A DNA stretch of 64,000 nucleotides from Blepharisma stoltei ATCC 30299 (GCA_965603825.1 CBFDEM010000027.1:496001-560000); one strand, 5' to 3'; counted from the first letter of the stretch, positions 1-13,075 are shown. Numbers and translations are program-made. The notes: a model not told the origin generated them from the letters alone.

Positions 1-2083
1 CTGCATGTACTTTATTGATCTCTATATCATTTTATTTGGAGGGATTACAAAATCAGGCACAGTTAATGACGTATGAATGTTCAATATATATGAATTAACT
101 TGAACGGAATTAACACCTTATGATAGCAAAGCTCCTCCTCTTGCATGGCACCAATGCATTGTTGAAGATAAAGATGAAGGCTATAATTATTATGCCTTTT
201 TTGGACAGCTTAGTGATGGAATGCCTAATCGATACTTATATAGATTTAATATTGCTTCTCGGGATTGGATATCTATCACTTCTTTTGGTGATGAAGTTGG
301 CATATCTCCAAGTGAAGCGACAGCAACTCTTTTTCCAAATTATATCATCATAATTGGTGGAGAATTTGGTGATTATTATGTCTCTGATTTGATTACTGCT
401 TTTAGTATTAAAAATTTTACAGTTGTATCTAAAGAATCAATGGGAATCCGCTTATTTGCTCATCAGTCTGTATATTTTACTGATAAACTCTACATATTTG
501 GGGGAGGTTTGGCAATAAATACCCTGCTTACTGGAAGATTGACTTCTTCCACATTATATAAAATAAGTTTTGAAGACTCAGCTATTGAATATCCATGCAG
601 TTTAGGATCATATAAAAATAATTCTGAGTGTGTAATATGCCAGCCTGGCAGTTATTCATCAAATTATGACTCTTCTGAATGCACAAAATGTCCTGCGGGA
701 ATTTTTCTTAACAGATATGGAGCTCAAGCTCAATCTTTATGCATCCCATGCCTCTCTGGAAGCTATTCTGATAATCCTGGGGCAATTTTATGCAAGAATT
801 GCCCGGCTGGGATGCATTGTGAAATTGGTAGCACGAATCCAATTCCTGAATATTTTTTATTATCTACGTCTTCAAAGCAGCCATCTTCTTATAAAGGAGG
901 AACTGGGACTGTGAACTATTGGACGACAGTTTTTGAAATTATAATTGGTGTTTTTATTTTTCTTTTAATTTTATGCTCAATACTTAACAGACCATTTTGA
1001 AACGCAATTGCAAAAGCTGATATGTTTGATACTCAGCATAATAAAGATAATGAGCCGATGTGAAAAAGAAAGACATCAATTGGAGGATTTTTCTCAATAG
1101 TTGGCAAATTTTGAGCGTTTTTTCTAGTACTTTTGTTGGTTCTGCAAAGAATTTATGACAATATTACAGAAACAACGTCCCTGATACCTATACTTAATCT
1201 TGCACAAGAAGCAGGAACAATATCAGCAGACATATTGGTAGTGGTGACGCTATATAATTATGGAGGATCTTGTGCACAAAATGGAGCTTGTGTAAATGGA
1301 GTATCATTATCTTGAGATAATACTGTTAATGATTATACTACTTTACACTGTGAACTTATAGACAAAAATTGTTTTATTTTTTCAACTTGCAAATCCTGCA
1401 GCTTATCTTCAAGTTCATATATGAAATTGGGATTATCTGAGAGCAATAGTTATGCGAGCTATTTTTCAGTGAATGTAACTTCAGATTCTTCAATTCCAGG
1501 AGAATCAAGCTCTTATGAGACTAATATATATCCTCCCAAAGGCTATTTTTTTATTGGATCAGATCCTACTTCTGTTACTTTTATTATGACTTCTAGTGTA
1601 ATGTATATGTAGCTGTTTTTATCTGATTCATCAGCATGAAAAAATAATCAGACTGGATATTTAGTTTCGTTTGGAAGCACAGTGCTTGGGTCAACGAAAA
1701 CGGCTGAAATGATGACTTTTAACAGATACTTCAGCATTCTTATCAATTTCAACATCGATCTTTCAGGGTTGTTAATAGTAAGAACGATCACTATGGATTT
1801 TTTGCTTTTTTTAAGCAGTGCTTTCGGGGCAGTTAGTGGACTGTTAGGATTTGTTGGATGATCTATGGAAAATTTTGAGGGGTTTTGCGATGAAAAAAAA
1901 GAAAAACTGCAAAAAAAGAATGAAAATCGAAAACTAGTCAAAAAGGGCTCTAAGTTTGTTGCAATTTTCCAAAAGCTGTATAATTATAAAAATATTAGTA
2001 AAGAATCTACGATTGATTTTGAAAGTCGACATCTTGCAGATAATAATGCTGAATACAATTGCAATGGATTTTCATTATTTTAA
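1..2083 (+). CDS. Kelch-repeat + Cys-rich (GCC2/GCC3, ephrin-receptor-like) transmembrane protein, 5' partial
   Basis: One frame (221, 1133, 1421, 1865) joined by TGA=Trp and intron 1598-1612. Kelch motifs (LYLFGG, IIIIGG, LYIFGG), CxxCxxGxY repeats and hydrophobic segments; TAA at 2081-2083. Confidence 0.8.
1598..1612 (+). other. 15-nt spliceosomal intron GTAATGTATATGTAG
   Basis: GTA..TAG, A at position 10; removes an in-frame TAG and the ORF continues. Confidence 0.85.
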
Positions 2084-2184
2084 TATTTTTCAACTTGATC
2101 ATAAATAATAAAGCTGAATTAAAAAATTATTATTAAGCAATATATTAAGAAGGCAAATAGAAAATCTTTACCTTATAAAATCAT

Positions 2185-3393
2185 CTAGGAAGAAAGTGAT
2201 AGAAACACTCTGCTTTCTAATTCTTCAAGCTCTTTTAAAATATCTTTATTCTCTGTACCTATTAATGCTAAAGTAGTTTTATTTCCAGACTTGTCTCAAT
2301 ATTTTATTCATTCACATGCTTTTAATTTTCTTCTGTAACCTTCTTTTTTTGGTGAAATTTTATTTATAATACTAAGTGGAGGTGTTTTGCTTCTTGGCGT
2401 TAATTGTGGTTGAAATGTGCACTCACTGATTTCTGCTTTATTTTTTTCTTCCTGTCTAGCCTTCACTTTTTCGTCTTTTTCCAAAATTGATTTAATGCCT
2501 TTTTCATATAAATTTACATCTCAAGATTTCCTTGGCTTCATTCATTTATTTATTTTATCGATTTTTCATTTGGACTTTTTCAGTGGTTTTTCATAATTTC
2601 TTTCAATAAAATTTCCGAATTCTTCATTATTTAGTCTTTTTGAAACTTTCGATTCTTCTTCATTTGTATTTTCGGGAATTTTAATTAGCCTGTTTCTTCA
2701 ATTATACGCAAGCTCATTTGCGTTATTATTTATAGTAGGCTTAAATGAGTGGGACCTTTCATGAATGGTTTCGATTGCTTTTTCTTTTCGTATTTTATGA
2801 TTTATTCCACTGTAGTAGAGATAGTCTGAAGTGTTTTCAGGTCTTGGCATATTTCACTTATTAATTTTTGGAGAAAAGCTTGGAATTTCTTCTATGCAAT
2901 CCTTGCGAATTGTCTCTATTTTTTCAATTTTTTCTTTATGAATCCTTAACAGTCTATTTTCAACTTTTTCATCTGTAATGGGGCACATAGACCTTGATGT
3001 TTCATTTATCTGAGGGATGTGCTGAGGCTCAAATGGCACTTGGTTTTTCGTGTCAAAATATTGTTTTACCCTTTCTTCCCAGGCACCAATAGGACTCTGA
3101 TATCCATCTGGCGTATATGATTTTTTTGAATTATAGCTATCCTGAGTAGGTTGATAAGAAATATTTTCTGATTTTTTAGGACTATCATATGACCAAAAAT
3201 CATTATCATCTTGGCCTTTATTCAGAACTCGATTTTTTATTATTCATTTACTTCTTGCGTTAATTTTAGGAGCATTTCTAATTTCTTCGATTTCTTTTGC
3301 ATTTTTTTCCTTGCTTACAGTTTCTATCATTTCTTGCTTTTTTAGCTTCGCTAAGATTCCTCTGTCATATAAACTGATATTAGCGATATTCAT
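2185..3393 (-). CDS. Hypothetical basic protein with [ST]FxP-type repeats (~402 aa)
   Basis: ATG 3393 to TAG 2185 in the frame of ORF 2854-3039 when TGA=Trp; repeats SFSPKIN, SFKPTIN, CTFQPQL. Confidence 0.7.
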
Positions 3394-3427
3394 CTAATAA
3401 AATTCGTTTATCTATTTAATTAGTTAA

Positions 3428-3895
3428 CTATGGCTCATTTCCAACTTGGCTTTCTAGTTCACTTATTCTTCTTTGGAGTGCCAAAAGCTGCTGTTGTAAA
3501 GCTGTTTTTTCACCTTTAAGCTGAGTAATTTGTTGCTGTAGCCTACTATTTTCAGCTTTTTGATGTGAAAAGTGTCTTTTCATTTCTTCTTCAACACGGT
3601 TAATTTCGCTCATCAAGCTTTTTCTAACATCATTAATTTTCATGTTTAAAACATTTTCCAAGGTATCTTTCTCTGAGCGAAGGATTTGGACTTCTTTTTT
3701 GTGAAAATTCATTTCTTCAGTTATTGATCGGATCATTTCTTCTAGGCTTAAAAGCTTTCCTTTTAAAGAAGCTGAACCAGATGTAGACTGGGCGCCAACT
3801 AGAGAGGTCACAGAGCCTTGAGTATTTAAGGTTCGGGTATTTGGAGAAGCTGCTTCGTCAAAACCTGGGCGAAAAGTATTACCTGCGCTTCTCAT
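3428..3895 (-). CDS. Coiled-coil protein, 155 aa
   Basis: Uninterrupted ORF with heptad pattern in the C-terminal two thirds. Confidence 0.8.
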   Translation of the reverse strand: MRSAGNTFRPGFDEAASPNTRTLNTQGSVTSLVGAQSTSGSASLKGKLLSLEEMIRSITEEMNFHKKEVQILRSEKDTLENVLNMKINDVRKSLMSEINRVEEEMKRHFSHQKAENSRLQQQITQLKGEKTALQQQLLALQRRISELESQVGNEP

Positions 3896-3956
3896 TTTTA
3901 TAAGATTTTTTTAAGATAGTAAAGCAATTATTTTAAAGATAAACTTGGAAATAAAT

Positions 3957-4601
3957 TTATATAACTCTTTGTGACATTTCTTGCATGGGAATATATTGAT
4001 TAGCTGGGGGTGGTTGGACTCTGAAAGTATGGGCTGTGCTTTCTTGCAAAGGAATATATTGATATGCTGAGGGCTGATTAGCCATTGATGGCAAGGATGC
4101 ACTCTCTCGAGCCAAAAGAAGCTCATGAAACTTTTTGGCATGGCAAGAGAATATGGAAAACATTGAAAAAATAACAATAGAGCAAATTCCAAAAAACCCA
4201 CACAAAAACATAAAAAACGCAAAGATTCCTTTATAAGTCCCGCAAGTATCATACATCTCTTTTGTGCACTCAAAATTATATAAATATATAAAAAATATAA
4301 GGAATCCTATTAAGCAGCACACACTTGACCCTCCGCTGGTAGCTGAGATGCCAAATAATATTGTTTTATAAACCTCCGCAGTAGATATATTACTTGATTT
4401 CGAAACTTTAATTCCTGCATATCCCAGTAAAGGAAGGAAGAAAAAGAATACAGTAAAACCAATCAGGCCACTAAATCCAGCTATTATAAATATAAATAAC
4501 CCAGGTATTGAATAGGCTAAAATCATAATGATTGCTTCACACTTCACTATAGACTTATATCTTGCAATATTTCTTTCTATTTCAATTCTATTGTTCTCCA
4601 T
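3957..4601 (-). CDS. Four-TM membrane protein, paralog A
   Basis: Four hydrophobic segments, Cys pair in loop, QYIP[LM]Q tail motifs. Confidence 0.8.
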   Translation of the reverse strand: MENNRIEIERNIARYKSIVKCEAIIMILAYSIPGLFIFIIAGFSGLIGFTVFFFFLPLLGYAGIKVSKSSNISTAEVYKTILFGISATSGGSSVCCLIGFLIFFIYLYNFECTKEMYDTCGTYKGIFAFFMFLCGFFGICSIVIFSMFSIFSCHAKKFHELLLARESASLPSMANQPSAYQYIPLQESTAHTFRVQPPPANQYIPMQEMSQRVI

Positions 4602-4699
4602 ATTTTATTATTTTTAATTCTCTTCTAGATATGCTATAAATTTTGGTTTAGAGCATCCATAAAATTCAATTTATTTATATTTATGATAATACTTTATTT

Positions 4700-5254
4700 T
4701 TAAGCAATTACTTGCATAGGAACATATTGTGGAAAAGCAGCTGGCTGGTGAAGAAGGGGCCTGTATCTATTTTCCTGGTGTTGAGTAACTAATCTAAACA
4801 AAATGCATAGATCTCGATATGACACATAGGACAATGCAAAAGTAATTATTGATGAAAGCCATATAAATTCAATTAAACAGATAGAAATACTGCTTTTCCC
4901 TATATAAATTCCACAAGAATAAAAAGCTTTAAAACTCCGAAAATCAATGAAAATACACAAAGTTCCCATCGATGTTATAATGCTTGAAATCCCACTTATA
5001 ATATTTGTAATTTTTAACGCTGATTTAAAGCATTTCGATTTAGATATATTGCTCTCTGTTGATGCCTTTATACCTGAAATCCCAAATAAAGGATAAAAGA
5101 AAAACAAGATCATAAAACTAACTAATCCTCCTATTCCATCAATGATCAAAATAAATATTCCGAAAAGCAAATAAATAATCAGCATTAAAATTCCTTCTCA
5201 TTTTACTCTTCATTTATATTTTCCAATATCTCTTTGAAAATTCTCATAGTTCAT
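4700..5254 (-). CDS. Four-TM membrane protein, paralog B
   Basis: Extended to ATG 5254 through two TGA; aligns with paralog A (GIKxSxxSNIS, SCG, QYVPMQ). Confidence 0.75.
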
Positions 5255-5499
5255 CTTTATATGAAATAATTTATATTCCAATCTCTTAAGTTTACAACCT
5301 CTTTAGTTAGCTTCTTAAATTTAAAAATATGTTCACACAATTTACCTTAATATTTAACTCTAAAATTTACATTTAAATATATGAAGGCTCAGCTTTCTTT
5401 TGAAATCTAGCATTGCTCTAGTGATTTTTTCTAAATTTCACTATATCATGATTGACGACCTAAAAAGCGATATTTCTAGCCATATTATAATTTCTGGGT

Positions 5500-6120
5500 A
5501 TGGGTATCTCACGTGATTCACGACACAAGCGTAGAAAGACAGGAGGTCGTATGCCTATTCATAAGAAAAAGAGAGCTTTTGAGAAGGCCAGACAACCAGC
5601 CATGACTAAGCTTGGTCCAAAACGTATTCACCTAGTTCGTGGCCGTGGAGGAAACCAAAAATACCGAGCTCTTCGCTTAGATGCTGGAAACTTCTCCTGG
5701 GCAAGCCAAAATGTGACTATCAAAACCCGTATTCTATGGGTCGTCTACAATGCCACAAATAACGAATTGGTTAGAACTAACACGATCACTAAAAACACCA
5801 TCTTAGAAGTTGATGCCACTCCTTTCAAAGCCTTTTTCTACAAGACTTATGGCCAAGATCTCGGAAAAGTGAAGAAGGAAGAAACCGCTACAAGATCAGC
5901 TAAAGCTCAAGAAAAATGGGAAAAAATACAAAAGGAATGGGAAGAGAATTCTAAGGAAAAGAGAATCGACCCTACCTTGGAAAGCGATTTTAAGACTGGA
6001 AGACTTCTAGCTTGTATTACGTCAAGACCTGGACAAAGCGGAAGAGCTGATGGATATATTTTGGAAGGAGAAGAGCTGGAGTTCTATAAGAAGAAACTTG
6101 AAAAGAAAAAGACTAAGTAA
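5500..6120 (+). CDS. RPS8: 40S ribosomal protein S8 (eS8)
   Basis: [16 protein letters not shown] start, [28 protein letters not shown]. Confidence 0.99.
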   Translation: MGISRDSRHKRRKTGGRMPIHKKKRAFEKARQPAMTKLGPKRIHLVRGRGGNQKYRALRLDAGNFSWASQNVTIKTRILWVVYNATNNELVRTNTITKNTILEVDATPFKAFFYKTYGQDLGKVKKEETATRSAKAQEKWEKIQKEWEENSKEKRIDPTLESDFKTGRLLACITSRPGQSGRADGYILEGEELEFYKKKLEKKKTK

Positions 6121-6155
6121 GCTAAGTTCTTCATAGAAGTATTTGCTATTAAAAA

Positions 6156-6733
6156 TTAAGGGCTAAATAATGGTGAGCAATTACTCATTTGAATGTACTC
6201 CTCAGAATTTTTAACAGTTCTTTGAAATATTGACTTTGGGTATTGGGAATTTTGAGAAAGTTTTTCTTGTAAAAATGCAACATTTTTATCTGTTGAGGAT
6301 GGCATTCATAATAATAGGGAAAAATATATAAAGGTAATTCCTAAAAATAGCATTGATGCATAGCAAAGAGCATAACTCAGCCCACATGAATCACTATTTT
6401 CGCAATAATAGCTTTGGTATGAGTATAAAATATAACAAAAATTGGCAAACGATGCGATAAGAATCAATATTGAAAGAAACTTAAGCACTTCAGCACACCA
6501 AAATAAAGTTAAATGCTTGAAGCATCGTCTGCTATGAAATTTTATACCCAAAGTAGCTTATGATCGATGGTGGTAAGAACAAAACGGTAAACTGAGCAAC
6601 CACTTTTAAGCTCTCAGTTGAAGTGAGTAAGATAAACGGCATATTAAAATACAAAGATACAGTATTGCATAACATTTAAAAGCTTTTAAGCTTTGCAGTG
6701 ATTTGAGCGCATAAGGGTTCTTTTTGTTTCCAT
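6156..6733 (-). pseudogene. Probable third, disrupted paralog of the four-TM family
   Basis: 3' part 6156-6551 is open with TGA=Trp and shows CxxxDSCG and EYIQM. The 5' part is split over several frames. A possible 16-nt intron at 6532-6547 fixes one shift but lacks the branch A. Confidence 0.4.
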
Positions 6734-7125
6734 TTAGCTGCCAAATAAAATTTTCTCAATTTTTAAGCTATAAAAATATTTTGTTATATAAATAAGTAGC
6801 AAAGAAATAATTATTATCAATATAAAATTCTCTATATTAGTATGCTAACAATTCTCGCAATATATAAGGCCTATTTGTTTTTTAAATTTGAATTAAAATG
6901 GAAATAGCAGGACATGCTTTAGCCCATTTTTGACTAATCAAGAAGATTAAAAAACTCCATGTATTCTTTAGATTCAGTCCTTTGTAGGCCTAAAATTATG
7001 ATAATAATTATTAACATATTTTTTAGTTACTAATGGTATCAACTCTTATTTTTTTACTTTTAATTTCTAGACTTTTCAATTAATTTGCTATATAACTTAA
7101 ATATAATTTTTTCGAAAAAATACAA

Positions 7126-8127
7126 ATGTCAGAAAGCTTTAAGCCTTTACACTTCGATGCTTTAAATGTTGGGAAAATGATTAAAAGAACTAAAAGAAAA
7201 TACACTTGAAAATTTGAGCTTGATGGAATCGTTTATACCCTGAATTTCTATGTTAGCAAGCTATCTGGAAAGAGGAAGATTCTTCTTAATGGAGAAATCA
7301 AACTAAACACCAAAAATACAACAAATTTTTCTATATACCCGGTCAAAATTTATTCCCACAAATTATATATCTATCAAATTGGTGATAATCAATACGATCT
7401 TAGATGTGAAAATTTATCATTTGATGATTTATTAAAAGGCTTCGATCTTCCAGGTCTGAAATCTTGCAGAAGCATAAGTTCACGTCAAAGTTTGTTTAAT
7501 TATTCAAATACACTTGAAGTCGCTCAAAGCTGACAAGAAAATTCAGGGACGATACTCTATGAAGAAAGCAAAGAAGAGCCAAATTGAGAAGCAAGAAAAC
7601 AAAGCTATGTCACTCCTTATAGGCTGCCAAGACTTTCCTTGCAAAATCCTACAAGAAAGGAAGAAAGAGATATATATGAAGATCAAAAAAGGTTCAAAAG
7701 AGGGCCAGGACCATCACATGTAATGACTGATGAATCTTTTGATGATTATATTCCAAAGGATTCAAGGGAAAATGCATTTAATTCAAAGCATAATAATGTT
7801 CATGCTAAAAACCCTTTTGAAACTGCTGAAGAAGCATCAAAAAGCCCAGAACAAAAGACAAAAGAGAATAGCGAAATTGATTTATTAGATGTAAATGTAT
7901 TAAATGAGCCAAAAACAAATGAAAAATCTTTTGATAGCGTAGAAACACTGAATTTTGGGAATGGATTATTTAGTTATGAAGATAAATCAAGTCCTGCTGT
8001 AAATGCATCAATGCAGCAAGGACCTTTTGCTAACCAAATGGCCCCAATGATGGCATACAACCCATTTATGACAGGTTTTATGATGGGTCAGTATCAAACT
8101 CCAAATCAATTTCAAAAATCTTCATAA
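7126..8127 (+). CDS. Protein with FAIM-like N-terminal beta domain and NPF/DLL-containing tail
   Basis: ATG 7126 in frame with ORF 7639 via TGA=Trp; YTWKFELDG..SKLSGKRKILLNG. Confidence 0.7.
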
Positions 8128-8201
8128 TTTCTATAATTTCATTACTGAATTACTTACATCTAAATTATAAATTTCTAGTTTATGTTATCACAAAATTTAT
8201 A

Positions 8202-8729
8202 TTAAACTTTATCTTGAAATTCTTCATACCCACCATCTTCGTCATTTTCTTTTGAAAACTTCTTCTCTAATTCGTTGACTATTTCATTAATTGCCAAACT
8301 TTCCTGTTTCTTATCAAAAACACCGGTAAAGCTTCTTCTTTTCCAATAAGAAAGCTTGATTCTCAATCTTTCTTCTCTGCTTGGCAAAGGAATCTCATTT
8401 TTCACCCCATCATTATCTAGATTCTGTTTTGTAAAAATAGGACCACTAAACAGAAATGCAGTCTCTAAATCGCTTTTCCTGCCCAATGGTGAATAACTTG
8501 TAGACCTCGGCCTTGGTGTTTCTGGAGGTGATCTTGCAGTATTTTGATTAGTATACGATGGATCGTTAGGAATTGTACTAACTATAATACTGTTGTCATG
8601 CGAAGGAATGCTAATATCGTCAAAAGAATCTGCATCTTTAAATGTAAAAGCTGATGTGAGCTGAATATTTGTAGCTGGGCTTAATTGGTAGAGCTCTCTA
8701 AACTCTGGTTTGCATTGACAACAACCCAT
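8202..8729 (-). CDS. Hypothetical protein with predicted N-terminal dual acylation (MGCCQC)
   Basis: Intact 175-aa ORF; Gly2 followed by a Cys cluster. Confidence 0.75.
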   Translation of the reverse strand: MGCCQCKPEFRELYQLSPATNIQLTSAFTFKDADSFDDISIPSHDNSIIVSTIPNDPSYTNQNTARSPPETPRPRSTSYSPLGRKSDLETAFLFSGPIFTKQNLDNDGVKNEIPLPSREERLRIKLSYWKRRSFTGVFDKKQESLAINEIVNELEKKFSKENDEDGGYEEFQDKV

Positions 8730-8762
8730 AATTAAAATTTAATGTTTTGAGGTTTAGCTAAA

Positions 8763-10800
8763 CTAGCGATACATACTTTCACGCCCTCTTCTTTCTTTTA
8801 CCATATAGCTTGAAGCTCTGAACTCTGCGCGGTCTTCATGAAGATTTTTTACTGATTTTGATCTTTGAGGACTTTTACAGTATCAGCAACAGTCAGAAAA
8901 AATGGAATTGCTTGACTTACATTCTTCGCAAGCCCATCTGCGACCTGATATTAATTTTTCATCATTTTTTTTATCATAGTCACTTGGGCGGGGTTTTCTA
9001 CAGACGTTACATAGATAGAACATTAAGGAGTTGGAGCCTCCACAGATTTCACATTTTCAGCCTACATTGGACTCAACCCGCAAAGATTTAGACTCTCTTC
9101 ATGGTAAATTGTCTTCTCTATAAGATTTGCTTTGGTCTTGCTTTTTGACTTCATCTTGGGCAAATGTGACTCTTTTGGTAAGGGATCCTTCTCGTGGGGA
9201 TTTATTTTTTTCGAGAAGACTTCTATTTGTGGTACTTAATGGGCGTCTGGATTCATATTTAGAAAAATCAGATGACGGCTCTTCATTTTTTGTAGATGGC
9301 TTAGGAAACTGGAACCTTGTCCCTGAAATTGTAGACGCAAGTACTGATTTATTAGCCTCTATTCTTGCACTTGAGCTCAAATTTCTTGGTTTTTCTTCTT
9401 TTGTCTGGTTTCTAAACGTCGGCTCATCATCAGTTAAAATGTAAAAATTTTTGGCTTTTTCTTTAAAAGATTCCTGCTGCACATAAGAAGATAAAGATGG
9501 AGGAAGTTGCTTATTTCCATCATTCTTTTTCAATGAGCATTTAGGGTCATCAAACAACGAATTATGAGTCTGGGGATCTTCCTTAGGAGTATATGAAGAA
9601 ACCACAGGAATCCTGTTCCTTGTCTGCTTAGATTTTATTTCATAAAATTTATCTCAATTAATAATTCTACACTCAGGACACTCATAAATATTTCCTTGGA
9701 TCGAGTTCGAGCATTTTTTGCATTTTCAAGCATCTGAAGTATCTTTAGTTGGGATTGTGTCAATAACATTTATTTTTCGAGGATGCTCACTATTAGGGAT
9801 AGAGATATCAACAGGCTTAGAAGCTTTGGTAATAGAGTCTTTTAATATACCTTTGTTTTCTCTTATAGGTGTTGGTGGTTTTGTGTATTCTCTCGCTAAT
9901 TCACATATAGAAATTCTTGTAGATTCATCCTTTTTTTGCGCAAATTTTAAAAGTTTGTCATAATCTGGAACAGAAATTTTATAGGAATTTGAATCATAAT
10001 TATAGCATTGCTTTAGAATTAGTAAGCTAGGATATAGCGAACGGCTTGCTGAAGTCCACATGACTCCGTTTCAGTCCATTTCAGATTTTGAACATTCATC
10101 AAATATTATTCATTTATCATTTCTTTTTATAATGGATGAATAAAAACAGCCATTATAGTTTATAATTCCAGCTAATTCATAATCTTCGTTATTGAATGAC
10201 AGCATTGATTTCATGATTCTTATGATAATTTCACTGGTAGGGTTTAAGTCTCATTTGATTTCTACAATCACTATTGCTGATTGGTTTAAAGTGCTAATTT
10301 CTTTCTTAACCATTTGTGAATAATCATCACTTTCTTTAAAGCTACTTGCCAATACTTTTATAGCAAAAGATTGATTTTGCTGCAGAAAAATCGAGTCAAT
10401 ATTGAATCTCCCTCGACTTGCTTTAAACTCGTTTATTAAAAACTCCAAAATCTCTTTTGGATTTGTGTTCAATGATTTCAAGGAGTTTGGAAATCATGGA
10501 AGCAAGGTATTGATGTTTATTGTACCAGATGGAACCTTTGAATAGTTATAAACTTCAGCTAAATCCTATATAGTAATTTACTTTAATTTTTTCACATATA
10601 TTTGACCTGGAAAATTCAGCTTCGATAATTGCTCTCAAGAATGAATCAACAGAAAAAAGAACTTGCAAAAGACTTGTATGAGCTGAATATTCTAATGTGT
10701 CATCTGCAATAAACCTTAATGGTAGTGATACTGATTCTTGTGAAGTGCTTTCTTCATAACGATTGACGGAGGATGAATAATCACGATAGTTTTTATCCAT
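8763..10800 (-). CDS. Hypothetical protein with RanBP2-type zinc finger and long Ser/Lys-rich tail
   Basis: ORFs 10555, 10251, 9726 and 9099 joined by 16-nt intron 10566-10581 and TGA=Trp; WKCKKC..YECPEC at ~9670-9728; TAG 8763. Confidence 0.7.
10566..10581 (-). other. 16-nt intron GTAAATTACTATATAG
   Basis: Restores frame between two ORFs; A six nt from the 3' end. Confidence 0.85.
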
Positions 10801-11118
10801 TTTAAATTTCAAAAACGAATTATGTTTATTCAGCACACTTTAGGCATAGTCATTCTTTCCATCAGCATATAAATAGTTTTAATGTACTATATAGCTGATG
10901 AAGGAAAATACGAGATAGAACTTCAAAAGCGATCATATTTAATTTAAGAATCAATACATTATGCTATTCTGGACTGAAATTTATGTTACTAATTTAAAGG
11001 AATTTCACGAATTAGTATAATAATGATGTTTTGTGTATAAGAGCAAAAATAAAAATATAAAACAGAGAAGCCAGGGTAAATAAACAAAATGGCAATGTAA
11101 ATTAAAAATTTGAGTTTT

Positions 11119-11751
11119 TTATTTGCTTATAAAAGTATTGATTTCAGTTAGAAAACTATTGATTTGGATATCTGGAACAGTTATACTTGATCTTCTATGT
11201 TTTACTTTCTTTTGATTTAGTTCTTTCTGCTTTTTCATTTGATTTACTTCACCTTTAAGCAACTCAGACTTTGCAAGTCTTCTTAATTTATCCATATCTA
11301 GTTTTTCTGCTTTATACTTGTACAAATCTAAATCAAACCTTCTTTTAAGTGCTTCTTTATTCATTTTTTTAAAGCTATCTTTTAATTGAAAATTATCAAA
11401 CTTGCATGTGATAACTTTCACTTCTTCGTCAACTCTTTTTATTTCTTCTTCATACCTCCTTTGCAGTTTCTTTTTCATTTTATTTTCGTTTTTCTTTTGA
11501 ATTTCAATTGCTTTATGTTTACACAGATCTTTTCTTGAACTCAGTATAGGTGAAAAGGAGCTGTTTAACCGATATTTATTTAAGTATTCGCCTCTAAATA
11601 TATCATACTTGAATTTTAGTAAATTGCTTTGAAGTTCAAGCTTAAGAGAAAGATCGCTAGGATTGATTGGGATATCTTGGATTATGCTTCTAAGTTTAAT
11701 TATTTTGCCATCTTGGAAGTTCGAAATTGCTTTAGGATGACTTAACTCCAT
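11119..11751 (-). CDS. Basic coiled-coil hypothetical protein
   Basis: Intact 210-aa ORF. Confidence 0.7.
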   Translation of the reverse strand: MELSHPKAISNFQDGKIIKLRSIIQDIPINPSDLSLKLELQSNLLKFKYDIFRGEYLNKYRLNSSFSPILSSRKDLCKHKAIEIQKKNENKMKKKLQRRYEEEIKRVDEEVKVITCKFDNFQLKDSFKKMNKEALKRRFDLDLYKYKAEKLDMDKLRRLAKSELLKGEVNQMKKQKELNQKKVKHRRSSITVPDIQINSFLTEINTFISK

Positions 11752-11785
11752 ACAGTGAAGTATTTTAATATTAATAAAAATTAAA

Positions 11786-12754
11786 TTACCAGTCTAAAAA
11801 TGGATCATCATTAGGTCTAATCCCTGGCGATTGTGTATCTGACTCCTGCTCACCTGACATAACACTTGTATCATTTAGGTTTCTTTGTCCAGGCATATAC
11901 GGCATTATTATTTCTTTATGAAATAACTTCTGCCAGTCCAGCCCTTCAAATCATCTGTGGTTGATAATATCTTCGCAGCCTCCTTTCATAGTGCCATACC
12001 TTTTATTTATATCAGCGACTAATAAATGTTTGACTAAACTTTTTGCTCTCCTATCAAAATCTATAGGAAACCGGAATTTTCCTTTCAAAATTTTTTGATA
12101 AACTGCCATAGGATCTTCATCACTAAATGGATCTATCCCACTAAGCATTTCATAGATTAAAATCCCTAGTGCTCAATAATCAACTGATTTCCCGTATCCT
12201 CGATTCATTAGTATTTCTGGAGCGAGATATTCAGGTGTGCCACAAAGAGTATAGGTTCTTCCTTCGACGATCTTGGCATAGCCAAAATCAATAAGTTTTA
12301 AGTAGCCATCATCATTGATTAGTAGGTTTTCTGGCTTCAGGTCTCTATATATGATATTTATTGAGTGCAAATATTCAAACATAAGGGTTATTTGTGCTAC
12401 ATAAAGTTTTGCATGTTCTGGCTCAAGTCGTGATGATTCGTGTATACGCATATACAATTCCCCACCTTTTATATATTCTAATGCAAAGTACAAATATCGA
12501 TCATCTTGAGAAAATCCTAATAAGTTTATCAGAAAAGGATGCCTTATTATTCGCAAAATTGTAAATTCAGATATCACATTATCGACTTGTTTCATTCGAA
12601 GTATTGAAGATTTTTTAAGCATTTTTATTGCAATTAGAAGCCCAGAGTTTTTGTTTCTAGCTAAGCGGACACGTCCATATGATCCTGATTATAAAATACC
12701 TGTTCCTAATGTTTGAAGAAGCTCAAAGTCATGAATATTTAGCTTTTGAGCCAT
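11786..12754 (-). CDS. cAMP-dependent protein kinase catalytic subunit (PKA-C)
   Basis: GTGSYGRV (after splicing), YRDLKPEN, DFG, RTYTLCGTPEYLAPE, VDY[TGA]AL, HR[TGA]F, C-terminal DPFLDW. Confidence 0.95.
12685..12699 (-). other. 15-nt intron GTATTTTATAATCAG in the kinase Gly-rich loop
   Basis: Removal reconstitutes GTGSYG and removes an in-frame TAA. Confidence 0.95.
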
Positions 12755-13075
12755 TTTCAAAATTCCAATATAAGGTATATATGATAAACTGGATTTTTTA
12801 AGCTTTATTAAACCATAAGATGATTTTTTCCCTAAAAAATATCAAATATTTATCATTTTCTTTAAAAGGCACCTATCTGTGCTAAATTTTTTATTGCTCA
12901 AAATTATATTTAAATTAATTTGTTTTTTATAAAAGCCCATTATTTTAATTTTTACAATGATTTGGCTTCATATCACGAATTTATTGGTTTGGAATTTCAA
13001 TTATTCATTCATTAAAGAATTTTTCAAACCTTTGTGTGTTATTAATAATCCTAATAGAGATAAATTCATAAAATA

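Noticed and set aside
11951-12175. TGA as selenocysteine or as pseudogene nonsense mutations
   Set aside because: TGA aligns to conserved Trp, not Cys, in many essential genes, and 3' gaps are mostly too short for SECIS elements.
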